Assembly (NCBI GenBank): GCA_964577145.1
Contig: CAZNXM010000007.1
Coordinates: 4,224 to 64,592 of the forward strand
DNA from: an uncultured Candidatus Poseidoniales archaeon
GTDB lineage: Archaea; Thermoplasmatota; Poseidoniia; Poseidoniales; Poseidoniaceae
Length of the DNA: 60,369 nucleotides
Direction of reading: 5' to 3'
Shown here: one piece after another, positions 8,824 to 18,668 of the stretch
Numbering within the stretch: the stretch's first letter is position 1
Layout of the letters: every line of letters starts with the position of its first letter
Program-made: the position numbers and the translations under genes
The notes under the pieces: generated by a model
The model's input: only the letters and a program-made list of their open reading frames with translations
Databases searched by the model: none
What the model was told of the DNA's origin: nothing

Positions 8824-10938
8824 ATGGAACCTGCTACCATGCTATTGCTCAGTGTCGCTGTCCTTGTTTGTGCCTATATGGCATGGAACATTGGAGCAAA
8901 TGATGTTGCAAATGCAATGGGGACAAGCGTAGGCAGTGGTGCACTCACATTGCGTAGAGCGATTATCGTAGCTGCTGTTTTTGAATTTGCAGGTGCGGTA
9001 TTCTTTGGTAGCCATGTTACTGATACCATCAGGAAAGGAGTTCTCGATTTTGGTGGAGAGGATTTCTCAGAGGAACTAAGCCTGAATCTAATGTATGGAT
9101 TTATGGCAGCACTTCTCGCTGCAGCGATCTGGCTTACTATTGCAACCAAGTTTGGTTTACCAGTTTCCACAACACACAGTATCGTAGGTGGAGTTATTGG
9201 AATGGGACTGTGGATTCAGCCCAGCAGTGTCAATTGGCCAAAGGTAGGGGAGATTGTATTGAGTTGGGTCGCTTCTCCATTACTTGGAGGGTTACTTGCC
9301 TACCTCTCCTTCGTCATCATCAAACGGGTGATTTTCAATCACGAAAACCCTGTTGAAAGGACCCGGAAGGTCGCACCTCTTCTTGCACTACCAACATTCT
9401 TTGTCCTTGGACTAGCTCTACAATTCAAGGGGCTGAAAGGATTCTACAAGAATCTTGACAACGCTGGAATTATCGACAAGGCAAATTGGCTTCCTCCTAA
9501 AGATGGAGTCACTTTCAATCCATTTGCAGATGGTGCTTGGATACCTCTCAACAGCCTATTGGTCGCTTTGGCAATTGGTTGCTTTGCAAGTTCAATTCTC
9601 TGGTATGTTCTAAAACGATACGAGTTCAAGGAAGAGGGATATGCTGGCGTTGAACGTGTATTCGTTTGGCTTCAAATCATCACCGCTTGTTATGTTGCAT
9701 TCGCTCACGGGGCGAATGATGTCGCTAATGCTATCGGGCCAATGGCTGCAATTTGGGATGTTGCAAATAATGGCATACTATCACCTGATCAAGTCGGCGT
9801 ACCATTCGGATTACTACTCTTAGGAGGAGCGGGAATTACGGTTGGTGTTGCGACCTGGGGGTACAAGGTGATGGATACTATTGGAAAGAAAATTACCCAT
9901 ATCACTCCATCACGTGGATTCGCCGCGGAATTTGGTGCAGCGACAACAGTGCTGATTTTCTCTATGCCTTTCCTAGCAGTACCAATCTCAACTACGCATA
10001 CCTTAGTCGGTGCAGTAGTAGGTGTCGGTCTTGCAGGTGGTGCATCTTCAGTTGATTTCCGAGTATTCGCTAAAATTGCTGCAAGTTGGGTCGCAAGCCT
10101 TCCTTTCGCAGGTTTAGGAGCGGTAATGTTCTACATTCTATTCGCTGGAAGTACTACCAATGTTGCAATAGTCACACTCCTTGCAATGGGTGCAACTGCA
10201 TTCATATTAACCCGAAAATCTGCTGATGAAGATCTCGGTGAAGAAGCAGATGTCGTAACCGATGCACCGGTTGACGATACTATTGCAGAGGTTACCAAGC
10301 CAAAGCCATTCGAGATGTTCCATCTACATGCTAAGGCTGTCGAGAGAACTGTTGACTGCATGCTCGATGCTGTCAAGGCTGCTGCATCTGGAAAAGATGC
10401 TAGTGATTTCATAACTGCGACTATTGCCGCTGAACTCGAGGCTGATAATATCAAAAACGATTTGCGTGAAGAAATCGGCACTGGTGTCAGGATTACGATT
10501 GGCCGTGATAACTTCATGCAAATGATTGCTCGTCAGGATAGAATTGCTGACTATGCCCAGAATGTTGCAGAGCAACTCTCTTTCCGAACCCTATTCGATA
10601 ACTCTGAAGCACGAAAACAACTCTCTGCTATGGGTGAAGCAGTCGCAAAGACCGTTGCCAAATACGAAGAGACTGTAGAACAAATCATGATATTGAGCCA
10701 TTCCGGTTTCGCTCGCAAAGAGATGATAGTTCTCATGGATTTAATCAAAGAAGTCAATTATCTCGAGCATGAAGCTGATGTCGTCGAAAGAAAGGCTGCT
10801 GCAATTGTATTCAGCCAAGGCGATGATAGTGCTCTTGCAGCCATGCACATGTACCGAGTTTTACAACGCCTTGACGATGTTGCAAATGCTTGTGAAAAGG
10901 CGGCTAATGCCTTCTTGCCACTGACACATCAGAGATGA
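8824..10938 (+). CDS. pit: Inorganic phosphate transporter (PiT/PHO4 family) fused to a C-terminal DUF47/PhoU-like domain
   Basis: PiT signatures GANDVANAMG, PVSTTHSIVG, HGANDVANAIGP and PISTTHTLVG. The C-terminal ~210 aa are soluble and helical (ELEADNIK, QDRIADYA, LEHEADVVE, LDDVANACE). Confidence 0.93.
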   Translation: MEPATMLLLSVAVLVCAYMAWNIGANDVANAMGTSVGSGALTLRRAIIVAAVFEFAGAVFFGSHVTDTIRKGVLDFGGEDFSEELSLNLMYGFMAALLAAAIWLTIATKFGLPVSTTHSIVGGVIGMGLWIQPSSVNWPKVGEIVLSWVASPLLGGLLAYLSFVIIKRVIFNHENPVERTRKVAPLLALPTFFVLGLALQFKGLKGFYKNLDNAGIIDKANWLPPKDGVTFNPFADGAWIPLNSLLVALAIGCFASSILWYVLKRYEFKEEGYAGVERVFVWLQIITACYVAFAHGANDVANAIGPMAAIWDVANNGILSPDQVGVPFGLLLLGGAGITVGVATWGYKVMDTIGKKITHITPSRGFAAEFGAATTVLIFSMPFLAVPISTTHTLVGAVVGVGLAGGASSVDFRVFAKIAASWVASLPFAGLGAVMFYILFAGSTTNVAIVTLLAMGATAFILTRKSADEDLGEEADVVTDAPVDDTIAEVTKPKPFEMFHLHAKAVERTVDCMLDAVKAAASGKDASDFITATIAAELEADNIKNDLREEIGTGVRITIGRDNFMQMIARQDRIADYAQNVAEQLSFRTLFDNSEARKQLSAMGEAVAKTVAKYEETVEQIMILSHSGFARKEMIVLMDLIKEVNYLEHEADVVERKAAAIVFSQGDDSALAAMHMYRVLQRLDDVANACEKAANAFLPLTHQR

Positions 10939-11931
10939 TCACTCGGGTATTCTCGGGTCCATGACCGCTTTCCAAAGTGGAGGAATTACCGCAAGCCACA
11001 GGCATGCATAATACCCACTAGGAAGTTGAGGTGAACCTTCGTGAACTTCCAAGTCCTGATACGATGTACTCGCTTTCAAATGGTGAGAAGGGTGCAACGG
11101 TAATTCGAGTAAAGTCCAACGCGACCACAAACTACGACTCTCCCAAGAATGCATCATAGTATGGCGCTCCCCTACTTCTCGGCGTAAGCCATAATGTTGC
11201 ATGTAATTCACATATTCCAGAAGAATGATGGCGAATACGGCTTGGATAAGGAAGACCTGGCCTATCACAGGATTATACCACCACAGTCCACCGACAAGTG
11301 CTATTTGTGTGATTAATCCATGAATTATCGGATTATTGATAATGCCCTTTCCCTTTGATGAATGAACCTTGTATGCAGAAATAAATTGCAATGGAAGTGT
11401 CATGATAATCTGAGTCCACAATCCTCTTCCTTTGGGGGATGATGCTGGGTCTAATTCGGTTGCATAATTGCGATGATGCCCATGGTTGTGCTCGGTAGTG
11501 AAATGAAGATACAGAACCAAAAGGAGATTCAATCGAGCCATCCGCCACAGGAATGAGCCTTTTCTTCGGTGACCTTGTTCGTGGGCATTTACAATACCAC
11601 TTACTCCGGTGACAACGCCAACTGAATATGTGCCCATCAACAGCTGGAGGGTTAGACCATCGATTTGAGCCCGCCAAAACAAGGTAGAAATTGCTAGGAT
11701 AGCGAATATGCTGTGGCCAACGAGAAGAGCATTCCAAGGCGTAGGTGAATACCCTTCTTTGCGTGCAGGTGCACCTTTTGGAGAAAGGATGTCAAGGATG
11801 GGTCCTATGCCGACTGCAAATACAAATCCAGTAGCACACCACCACTCTCCCTTGTACAGGCCTCCTATCGTTAGAATGGGGAGGATGAATCCCAATAGAT
11901 GTGGATGCCATGACTCTATTTTGGCCTCCAT
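10939..11931 (-). CDS. alkB: Alkane 1-monooxygenase-like membrane diiron enzyme (AlkB/fatty-acid desaturase superfamily)
   Basis: His boxes HEQGHR, EHNHGHH, NYMQHYG and LHPSHH, plus AlkB-typical ATELDPASS, HSWES and PQLPSGY. Several TM helices. Confidence 0.82.
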   Translation of the reverse strand: MEAKIESWHPHLLGFILPILTIGGLYKGEWWCATGFVFAVGIGPILDILSPKGAPARKEGYSPTPWNALLVGHSIFAILAISTLFWRAQIDGLTLQLLMGTYSVGVVTGVSGIVNAHEQGHRRKGSFLWRMARLNLLLVLYLHFTTEHNHGHHRNYATELDPASSPKGRGLWTQIIMTLPLQFISAYKVHSSKGKGIINNPIIHGLITQIALVGGLWWYNPVIGQVFLIQAVFAIILLEYVNYMQHYGLRREVGERHTMMHSWESRSLWSRWTLLELPLHPSHHLKASTSYQDLEVHEGSPQLPSGYYACLWLAVIPPLWKAVMDPRIPE

Positions 11932-11954
11932 GGGGGCCGTACACCCGTATTGGT

Positions 11955-11974
11955 CTTGAAGCGTGGGGTTGAAG
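11955..11974. promoter_or_regulatory. Back-to-back TATA-variant boxes for alkB (minus, TTCAAG) and taw1 (plus, TTGAAG)
   Basis: The elements start 29 and 31 nt upstream of the respective ATGs. The same motif and spacing recur at about 13 loci. Confidence 0.6.
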
Positions 11975-11999
11975 TCAGCATCACAGGTCGCAAGTCTGC

Positions 12000-13001
12000 A
12001 TGGACCCCGTTCTTCAGGCCAAACTGCAGAAGCAGCGCTACCATATCGTTGGTGAGCACGGTGGGGTCAAAATATGCCATTGGACAAAGGAATCTCTTCT
12101 GAGGGATCGCCAATGCTACAAGGGAAGATTCTACGGTATCGCTAGTCATAATTGCATGCAAATGTCGCCGGTAGTCGACCAATGTAACCTCGCCTGTACA
12201 TATTGCTGGAGAGAGCCTCACATGGACACATTGGAGCTATCAGACCAAGACCCGAAGGATATGCTCTATGATTCGGTAAAAGCACAACGTCGACTGCTTT
12301 CTGGATTTGGTGGCAATCCGAAAGTTCCACGTGAAAAATTCCTCGATGCACAGAATCCCAAACATGTTGCTATTTCTCTCAACGGTGAACCTACTCTGTA
12401 CAATCATCTTTCAGAATACATGGAATTATGCCATGCGCACGGCATGACTACCATGCTGGTTACCAATGGTACCTTACCGAAAGTGATTGAAAAACTCGAT
12501 ACTTTACCAACTCAACTCTATGTTTCAGTCGATGCACCAAATAAGCAGGTCTTTGATGAAATTTGTAAACCAAAATGGAATGCTGCAGCTTGGGATAAAT
12601 TCGAGCAAACAATCGATTTACTCCCGAGCCTAGATACTCGTATTGTATGTCGCCATACGTTGATTAAGGGACGAAATATGAACGAAGAACACATTCCTCA
12701 ATATGCTGCACTCGATAATAGGGCAGACCCTGATTTCATCGAATGTAAAGGATATGTTCACGTAGGTAATTCACGTGAAAACCTGACCTCTGAAAATATG
12801 CCATTCCATCAGGATATTCTCGATTTTTCAAACGCATTAGCGCCACTTGTCGATAGAAGGCTTCTCGATGATTCCCCTCCAAGCCGTGTCGCACTTGTTG
12901 GAAGAGAAGTTATCCCAATTCCAATTCCAGAAGCTACTATGTTCTTCCCAGAAGACCTCGGTATTGCTGAGTCGGTAAAGCATCTCAAAATTGTTCAGTG
13001 A
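12000..13001 (+). CDS. taw1: tRNA 4-demethylwyosine synthase (radical SAM, Taw1/TYW1)
   Basis: VKICHWTK, CYKGRFYGIASHNCMQMSP, CNLACTYC radical SAM motif and HVAISLNGEPTLY. Confidence 0.96.
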   Translation: MDPVLQAKLQKQRYHIVGEHGGVKICHWTKESLLRDRQCYKGRFYGIASHNCMQMSPVVDQCNLACTYCWREPHMDTLELSDQDPKDMLYDSVKAQRRLLSGFGGNPKVPREKFLDAQNPKHVAISLNGEPTLYNHLSEYMELCHAHGMTTMLVTNGTLPKVIEKLDTLPTQLYVSVDAPNKQVFDEICKPKWNAAAWDKFEQTIDLLPSLDTRIVCRHTLIKGRNMNEEHIPQYAALDNRADPDFIECKGYVHVGNSRENLTSENMPFHQDILDFSNALAPLVDRRLLDDSPPSRVALVGREVIPIPIPEATMFFPEDLGIAESVKHLKIVQ

Positions 13002-14055
13002 GTTGATCTATTTGGCAAAGAAAATCCTTGTGGCAAGGGGGGGAAAAATGTCCCCCTTTAGTGGACTTGGGAGTACACATGATGCTTTGATTGAAAGATT
13101 GAGAGATTCCAGAGTTGAAGGATATACCCTCGGAAAAATAGCGGAATATGATTCGCAAGCGGGCTTACTGCGCCGTGTTTGGCGTCGATGGTATTCTCAT
13201 CCCAATGTCGTTGAAAATTTGTCTAAGTCGCACGATATTGTCCACATTACCGACCAAGAACAGGCTGGATTAACCCCAAGAAGTGGAAAATCGATAATCA
13301 CGGTTCATGACCTATTCCATCTCTATCCAAGTAACCGTCACGGTGTCACAGTTGGTGAACAGAGTCCTGGAATATTCAGAAAGAAAGACATTCGAAAAAT
13401 GAAAGATGGAATTCGTAGGGCTAGTCTTCTAATCTGCATCTCTAAGTACACTCAAGAGGAGTGTGAAATGCGATTCCCCGGAATTCCTACCGCATGGGTT
13501 CCCCATGCTATTGACCTCAATAATTACCAGAAGAAAATGCAGCAACCTGAGTGGTTTGATAAAGGGGTTAACCTTCTGATAATTGGGTCTGAAGAACCTC
13601 GTAAGCGAGTAGAATTTGCAGTTGAAGTATGTGCTGGCATGGATGTCACTCTTCACAAATTAGGAGCGGAATCATCGCCCGAAGCACGAAAAAGAATTGA
13701 GGCTTTGGCAAGCGAAGTCAATTGCAAACTGAATTGGGTCGGGCAAGTCGGTTCTGATGAGAAAATTGCTGCTCTGCAACACGCTGATGCTCTCCTATTC
13801 CCTTCGATTGCCGAAGGTTTTGGCCTACCTCCTCTTGAAGCATATGCTGCAGGAACTATCGCCCTAGTTGCAGATGCCCCTGCACATAATGAAATCCCTC
13901 TCGAACAACATATTCTACCATACGATGATGTTGAAATGTGGAGAGCGGCAATTGAAGAACTTGAAGATGAATCCGATGCAGTCAAAGCACAAGCTGAAGA
14001 ATTCAGCATTGAAAAATGGACTGAGCGACTAAAAGCCGCTTATGATTCATTATAA
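12991..14055 (+). CDS. Glycosyltransferase family 4 (GT-B)
   Basis: IITVHDL, RKRVE and FPSIAEGFGLPPLEAYAAG (ExFG...E motif). The exact start is uncertain (possibly TTG at about 13012). Confidence 0.9.
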   Translation: MFSELIYLAKKILVARGGKMSPFSGLGSTHDALIERLRDSRVEGYTLGKIAEYDSQAGLLRRVWRRWYSHPNVVENLSKSHDIVHITDQEQAGLTPRSGKSIITVHDLFHLYPSNRHGVTVGEQSPGIFRKKDIRKMKDGIRRASLLICISKYTQEECEMRFPGIPTAWVPHAIDLNNYQKKMQQPEWFDKGVNLLIIGSEEPRKRVEFAVEVCAGMDVTLHKLGAESSPEARKRIEALASEVNCKLNWVGQVGSDEKIAALQHADALLFPSIAEGFGLPPLEAYAAGTIALVADAPAHNEIPLEQHILPYDDVEMWRAAIEELEDESDAVKAQAEEFSIEKWTERLKAAYDSL

Positions 14056-15299
14056 TCCTCAACCTTGATGCGCTGCAATAGCATGAATAGCAGGATTATC
14101 GCGACGATGAGGCTACCTGAGATAACAAGGGTGCCCGATAGTATTCCTTCGTCTGAATTACCTTCGATTATAGGGTCTTCATCAAGTGAAGAAGTATTTC
14201 TATCCCACATTGCCAATGTGGCAATGACATCGAGGCCGGTTTGAAGCCCAGATTCAACTCCACCTCTACCTCCAGCAAGAGTATTGAGGGTAGTTACCGA
14301 ATCTGATTGGGCGTGTTTTGGAGTTTGTTCACAGGAGTCACCTTCCTCCATAATGTACTGATGTTGCCCCCTAAGCCATGTTGCAGCATGCCCTGCCATG
14401 ATGAAATTGTAATGATCGGAATTCCCCTTGGTATCATCAATTACCCTAACCCATTCTGTAGGATGTTCTAATTCCGTATTTGCTTCTCTTAAAATATTTT
14501 GAAGTGAAGATGCATTTGTTCGCATATCATCTGTAACCTCAAGCCCTCTTTCCTCGTAATAAGACCAGTCTTCTTCAGGAGAAGTGAACATGTAAAGTGT
14601 CCAATAATCCTCATCGCATCCGCTTGCTTGCGAGGCTGCGGGGGTTGGAACTGGCCAATTCAATGCAAACATATCGAGATTGAGGTATGTTACTTCCACA
14701 TCAGATGGAATCTGCTCTTGGACAAAATGGAGGCTACCCATGCCTCCTCCTTCGGAAGAGCCGCTGCCTTGCCATTCCTCGTAATCCCACCATGCTAATT
14801 TCCAAGTGTGCTCAGGAGTGGTATTCCACTGAGCAAAAACCCGTGCCAACTCGAGCAGAGACCCCGAACCTGTTCCGTCATCATATGCTCCCGATGAAGA
14901 ACAACCGGCGTAAGTAACGCCGTTTAGGGGTGGTGGAGAATAGCAAATCGCATCATGGTGGGCTCCAACAACTATCCATTCATCGGAAATGTGTCCTGGA
15001 ATTGTCACAACAATATTTTCACAATTTGAACATTCACTGGTAGTAAATGGTTGGCGTTCGACTTCATATCCCATCGCTTGCAATTCTGAAGCTATCCAAT
15101 TCCTATTATTCTCATTGGCAGAAGTATCGATTTTTCTATACCCAAATTGGGTCATAGTGACCATGTTATCGTATGCATTTGAGCCTTCAGGCCACGCAAT
15201 TTCCTCAAGCCCATCGCTTTCGACTAATTCTCCGGGCATAAGCGAAAGAAGGAGGATGGAGCATACCCAGAATACGCCCCGCATGCAAGTACATCTCAA
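14040..15299 (-). CDS. Secreted, C-terminally membrane-anchored M28 family metallopeptidase
   Basis: Signal-like N-terminus, IVVGAHHD, GAYDDGTG, WDYEEW, YLNLDM and SDHYNF, then a C-terminal hydrophobic helix. Confidence 0.9.
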   Translation of the reverse strand: MRCTCMRGVFWVCSILLLSLMPGELVESDGLEEIAWPEGSNAYDNMVTMTQFGYRKIDTSANENNRNWIASELQAMGYEVERQPFTTSECSNCENIVVTIPGHISDEWIVVGAHHDAICYSPPPLNGVTYAGCSSSGAYDDGTGSGSLLELARVFAQWNTTPEHTWKLAWWDYEEWQGSGSSEGGGMGSLHFVQEQIPSDVEVTYLNLDMFALNWPVPTPAASQASGCDEDYWTLYMFTSPEEDWSYYEERGLEVTDDMRTNASSLQNILREANTELEHPTEWVRVIDDTKGNSDHYNFIMAGHAATWLRGQHQYIMEEGDSCEQTPKHAQSDSVTTLNTLAGGRGGVESGLQTGLDVIATLAMWDRNTSSLDEDPIIEGNSDEGILSGTLVISGSLIVAIILLFMLLQRIKVEDYNES

Positions 15300-15400
15300 C
15301 GGACCTATTTCATTTCACAGGCAACTCGTATTGAATTGCTAAGATAATTTTTCACAATTACAGCCGTTGCCTTCATGGAGGTAATACCGGTGGCCCGAAC

Positions 15401-17458
15401 ATGCAGCCTGTTCAGAGCGTGGCCATCATCGGCGCAGGAAACATGGGTTCCGGAATTGCGCAAAAGACCGCACAGGAAGAATTCGATGTCCAGATGGTAG
15501 ACCGAGAGGCTCAATGGGTTGAGCGTGGCCAAGGAATAATCGCAGATTTCCTTGCTGAAGCCGTCGAGAGGAGAATCTTCTCTCCAGAACAGGTAGAAGA
15601 GATCAATGGTCGTATTACTGGCGTAATTGGAACTGAAAATACGGCTGCTGATACCGATTTAGTCATTGAAGCGGTTTTCGAAGATTTTGACATAAAAACC
15701 GCGGTATTCAACACTCTCAACGAAGTATGTGGAGAGAACACTATTCTAGCCTCAAACACTTCTTCACTATCTGTAAATGACCTCGCTGCTGCAAGTGGTA
15801 GACCTGATAGATTCGTAGGACTCCACTTCTTCTACCACCCAGCAAAAAATCGCCTTGTTGAAGTAATTCCCGGCAATGATTCATCGCAAGAAACCATAGA
15901 TAGAACAGTCCAATATTGCCGTGGCCTCGGTAAGGTCGTGATTCTATGCAAGGACCGTCCTGGTTTCGTAGTAAACCGTTTCTTCGTACCTTGGTTAAAC
16001 GAAGCCTGCCTCTTATTGCAAGAAGGCGTGGCTAGTGCTGCAGCAATCGATGCGGTTGCAATGAAGGCTTTCAGAATCGGAATGGGGCCGTTTGCATTGA
16101 TGAATCTCACCGGGCCGCCAATCGCACTGCATTCAACAGATTATCTTGCAGAGCAACTCGATACACCTCGTTATTTCGGCGCAGAAAATTTGCGGGAGAT
16201 GGTTGAAGCCGGAGATATGTGGGAGATTGGTGATGATGTCGATTGCTCTGATGAAGTAGCTTCGGTGATAAAGACAAGATTACTTGGCCAGATTTTTGCA
16301 GTAGCCGGACAAATTGTCGATGAAAAAATCTGTTCTATGGAGGATGTAGACCGTGGAGCAAAGGTTGGACTACGATGGGCTCGAGGTCCATTTGAACTTG
16401 CAAACCGAATCGGTATCGATAATGCAAGAGCATATGCAGAGGATTACTGTGAATTAGCAAATTTCCAAATTCCTGAAGTATGGAATAGAGATTCTCCCTT
16501 CGAATTCAACTATGTCGACCTTAGTGTCGATGATGGTATTGCAACTGTGACAATCAACCGACCAGAAGCAATGAATGCTCTCAATGAAACCGTAGTCAAC
16601 CAACTCGGAGCAGTTCTTGATAATGCAAATGCAGATGCAGCTGTTCACACAATCGTATTGGATGGTGCTGGCAAAGCATTCGTGGCGGGTGCAGATGTCA
16701 AGTTCTTTGTTGACAAAATACGTGCAGACTCACTTACTGACATCTATGATTTCACTGCAAATGGTCATGTGGTTCTAGACAAATTGGAATCGTCTAGTAA
16801 GACTACTATTGCCCTAACAACTGGTTTGGCACTAGGTGGCGGCCTAGAACTCGCTTTAGCATGCGATTTCCGGATTGGCACACGCAAGACGCAATTCCGA
16901 TTCCCTGAGACAAGCATAGGAATTTTCCCCGGTCTTGGAGGAACACAGCGCCCAGCACGGATCTGTGGTATTCCGGCAGCACGCTGGGCTGTTCTTGCTG
17001 GAAATTTCATGGATGCGCAAACCGCAGCAGATCTTGGACTTGTCAGCCATCTTGTGGATATTTCAGAAGTCGATTCTACCATTTTAGCAATTGCAACAAG
17101 TGGTAAACCCGAAAACAAATATCCAGGAATACCAACTTCTCCTGATTCAAAGGTCGCTACTTTCGCAACGTCATTCTACTGTGATGAAAATATGGATTCA
17201 CTACTTTCGGGTATGTGCCCTGAAGGTTTCGACGCTGAAGACCGTACGGTTACTCGCCAACTCAAGGCGCTATCTCGTACTGCTCCAATCGCACTCAAGA
17301 TGGCTAACATCTTGATCGATGCTGCAGGAAATACCGACCTCCAAACGGGGCTTGCAATGGAATTGGATGGTTTGGATTCTATCTTTTCTACTGCTGATTC
17401 ACTCGAGGGGCTTTCTGCTCTAATCGAAGGCCGAAAGCCAACATACCGCAATGAATAA
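15401..17458 (+). CDS. Bifunctional 3-hydroxyacyl-CoA dehydrogenase / enoyl-CoA hydratase (archaeal domain order)
   Basis: GAGNMGSGIA, EAVFED, ASNTSSL, GLHFFYHP and PGFVVNR. The C-terminal crotonase has NRPEAMNALN, AFVAGAD, GGGLELALACD and PETSIGIFPGLGGTQR. Confidence 0.96.
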   Translation: MQPVQSVAIIGAGNMGSGIAQKTAQEEFDVQMVDREAQWVERGQGIIADFLAEAVERRIFSPEQVEEINGRITGVIGTENTAADTDLVIEAVFEDFDIKTAVFNTLNEVCGENTILASNTSSLSVNDLAAASGRPDRFVGLHFFYHPAKNRLVEVIPGNDSSQETIDRTVQYCRGLGKVVILCKDRPGFVVNRFFVPWLNEACLLLQEGVASAAAIDAVAMKAFRIGMGPFALMNLTGPPIALHSTDYLAEQLDTPRYFGAENLREMVEAGDMWEIGDDVDCSDEVASVIKTRLLGQIFAVAGQIVDEKICSMEDVDRGAKVGLRWARGPFELANRIGIDNARAYAEDYCELANFQIPEVWNRDSPFEFNYVDLSVDDGIATVTINRPEAMNALNETVVNQLGAVLDNANADAAVHTIVLDGAGKAFVAGADVKFFVDKIRADSLTDIYDFTANGHVVLDKLESSSKTTIALTTGLALGGGLELALACDFRIGTRKTQFRFPETSIGIFPGLGGTQRPARICGIPAARWAVLAGNFMDAQTAADLGLVSHLVDISEVDSTILAIATSGKPENKYPGIPTSPDSKVATFATSFYCDENMDSLLSGMCPEGFDAEDRTVTRQLKALSRTAPIALKMANILIDAAGNTDLQTGLAMELDGLDSIFSTADSLEGLSALIEGRKPTYRNE

Positions 17459-17508
17459 CGGTGTGAGCATTACACTATGTTTTATCTCTAACACCACTTG
17501 GGCCAATC

Positions 17509-17967
17509 ATGCCTGAGCCAGCATTGGTACTATCAACCGACGTTCTAGACGAAGTTGAATCGAGCATCAACAATACAATTTCCAATGGACGCAAGATTCG
17601 TGATATTCTATCTGAGCACTCCAATCATGGTCCTTGGAATACCGATTGGGAGGTTGAAGCCGCTGTAGAAGCTCTGCATGTTTTTGGTAGCCGATGGACT
17701 ATCGAGATTCTCGCCACCCTCTACATTGCTGGCCCACGTAGATTCAACCAACTCAAAACTCTACTAGCGGGCATTTCGAGTCGTACTCTTTCAGACAAGT
17801 TGCGTTTCCTTACCGAAGAGGGATTAGTTATCCGCCAGGTGGATGATGGACCACCGGTTAGGGTAGCATACATCCTCTCAGACCATGGCATCACCTGTGG
17901 CCGTCTTCTTTCTCCATTAGTAGCACATCTCAAGATTCATCTCGGCTCAATTATTCCACCAAAGTAA
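17509..17967 (+). CDS. HxlR-family winged-helix transcriptional regulator
   Basis: GSRWTIEIL..L..GPRRFNQLK..L.GISSRTLSDKLRFL.EEGLV.R....PPVRVAY.LS. Confidence 0.92.
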   Translation: MPEPALVLSTDVLDEVESSINNTISNGRKIRDILSEHSNHGPWNTDWEVEAAVEALHVFGSRWTIEILATLYIAGPRRFNQLKTLLAGISSRTLSDKLRFLTEEGLVIRQVDDGPPVRVAYILSDHGITCGRLLSPLVAHLKIHLGSIIPPK

Positions 17968-18017
17968 GCACACGGGAGACCGAATGCATTACAAGAGACC
18001 GAGTTAGCACTCAATAC

Positions 18018-18668
18018 ATGGCACTGATTAGTCAGTGGATCAACCAGCGGCCTTGGCTCGCTGCTGGAATTGCTGGTGCAACCGGCGGATTCGCAGGACT
18101 GGCAGGTAGTGTCTTCGGTGGAATCGGATTCTCAAGAGGAGTGATAGACACCTCGATAAGAGAATTTGAACACCCTATTCGCCGCCGTATTCTGAATACA
18201 CTAGATGCGAAGCCGGGTTTGTGCTATCGTGAACTCCAAAGCGCACTCAGTACTGCTAACGGTACTCTAAGACATCATCTCGATGTATTACAATCACGAC
18301 GCTCCATTACCATCTATTCCATCAATGGACGAACATGCTACTTCGCTGGCGCTCCTAGCCAAGTTGAAGTTTTGAAAGGGATGAATGTTAACGAAGAAGA
18401 AGCCGCTGTTAGGATGCCTATTGGTCTCTCATTGGTTCAACGCCTAATTATTGAAGATATCAAAGTGAATGGAGTACCTCGCTCTCAAGCCGCTCTCGCA
18501 CGAAGAATCGGACGTACACGCGCAACTGTTCACTCCGCACTCAAAGTTCTACGCCGAAGAGGTATCCTTCGTGAAGATAAGATTGAATTTGCACCTCACC
18601 TAATTGATGAGAGTGTGTGGAATAGTTCCAGAACCATTGATTATGACTGGTCTGATGACCGACGCTAA
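18018..18668 (+). CDS. Double winged-helix transcriptional regulator with a hydrophobic Gly-rich N-terminus
   Basis: HPIRRRILNTLDAKPGLCYRELQSAL...GTLRHHLDVL, and a second HTH SQAALARRIGRTRATVHSALKVLRRRGIL. Confidence 0.8.
   Translation: MALISQWINQRPWLAAGIAGATGGFAGLAGSVFGGIGFSRGVIDTSIREFEHPIRRRILNTLDAKPGLCYRELQSALSTANGTLRHHLDVLQSRRSITIYSINGRTCYFAGAPSQVEVLKGMNVNEEEAAVRMPIGLSLVQRLIIEDIKVNGVPRSQAALARRIGRTRATVHSALKVLRRRGILREDKIEFAPHLIDESVWNSSRTIDYDWSDDRR

Noticed and set aside
13035-13058. AAGGGGG...CCCCCTT hairpin near the GT4 start as a terminator or riboswitch
   Set aside because: It probably lies inside the coding sequence and is a single short stem with no further support.
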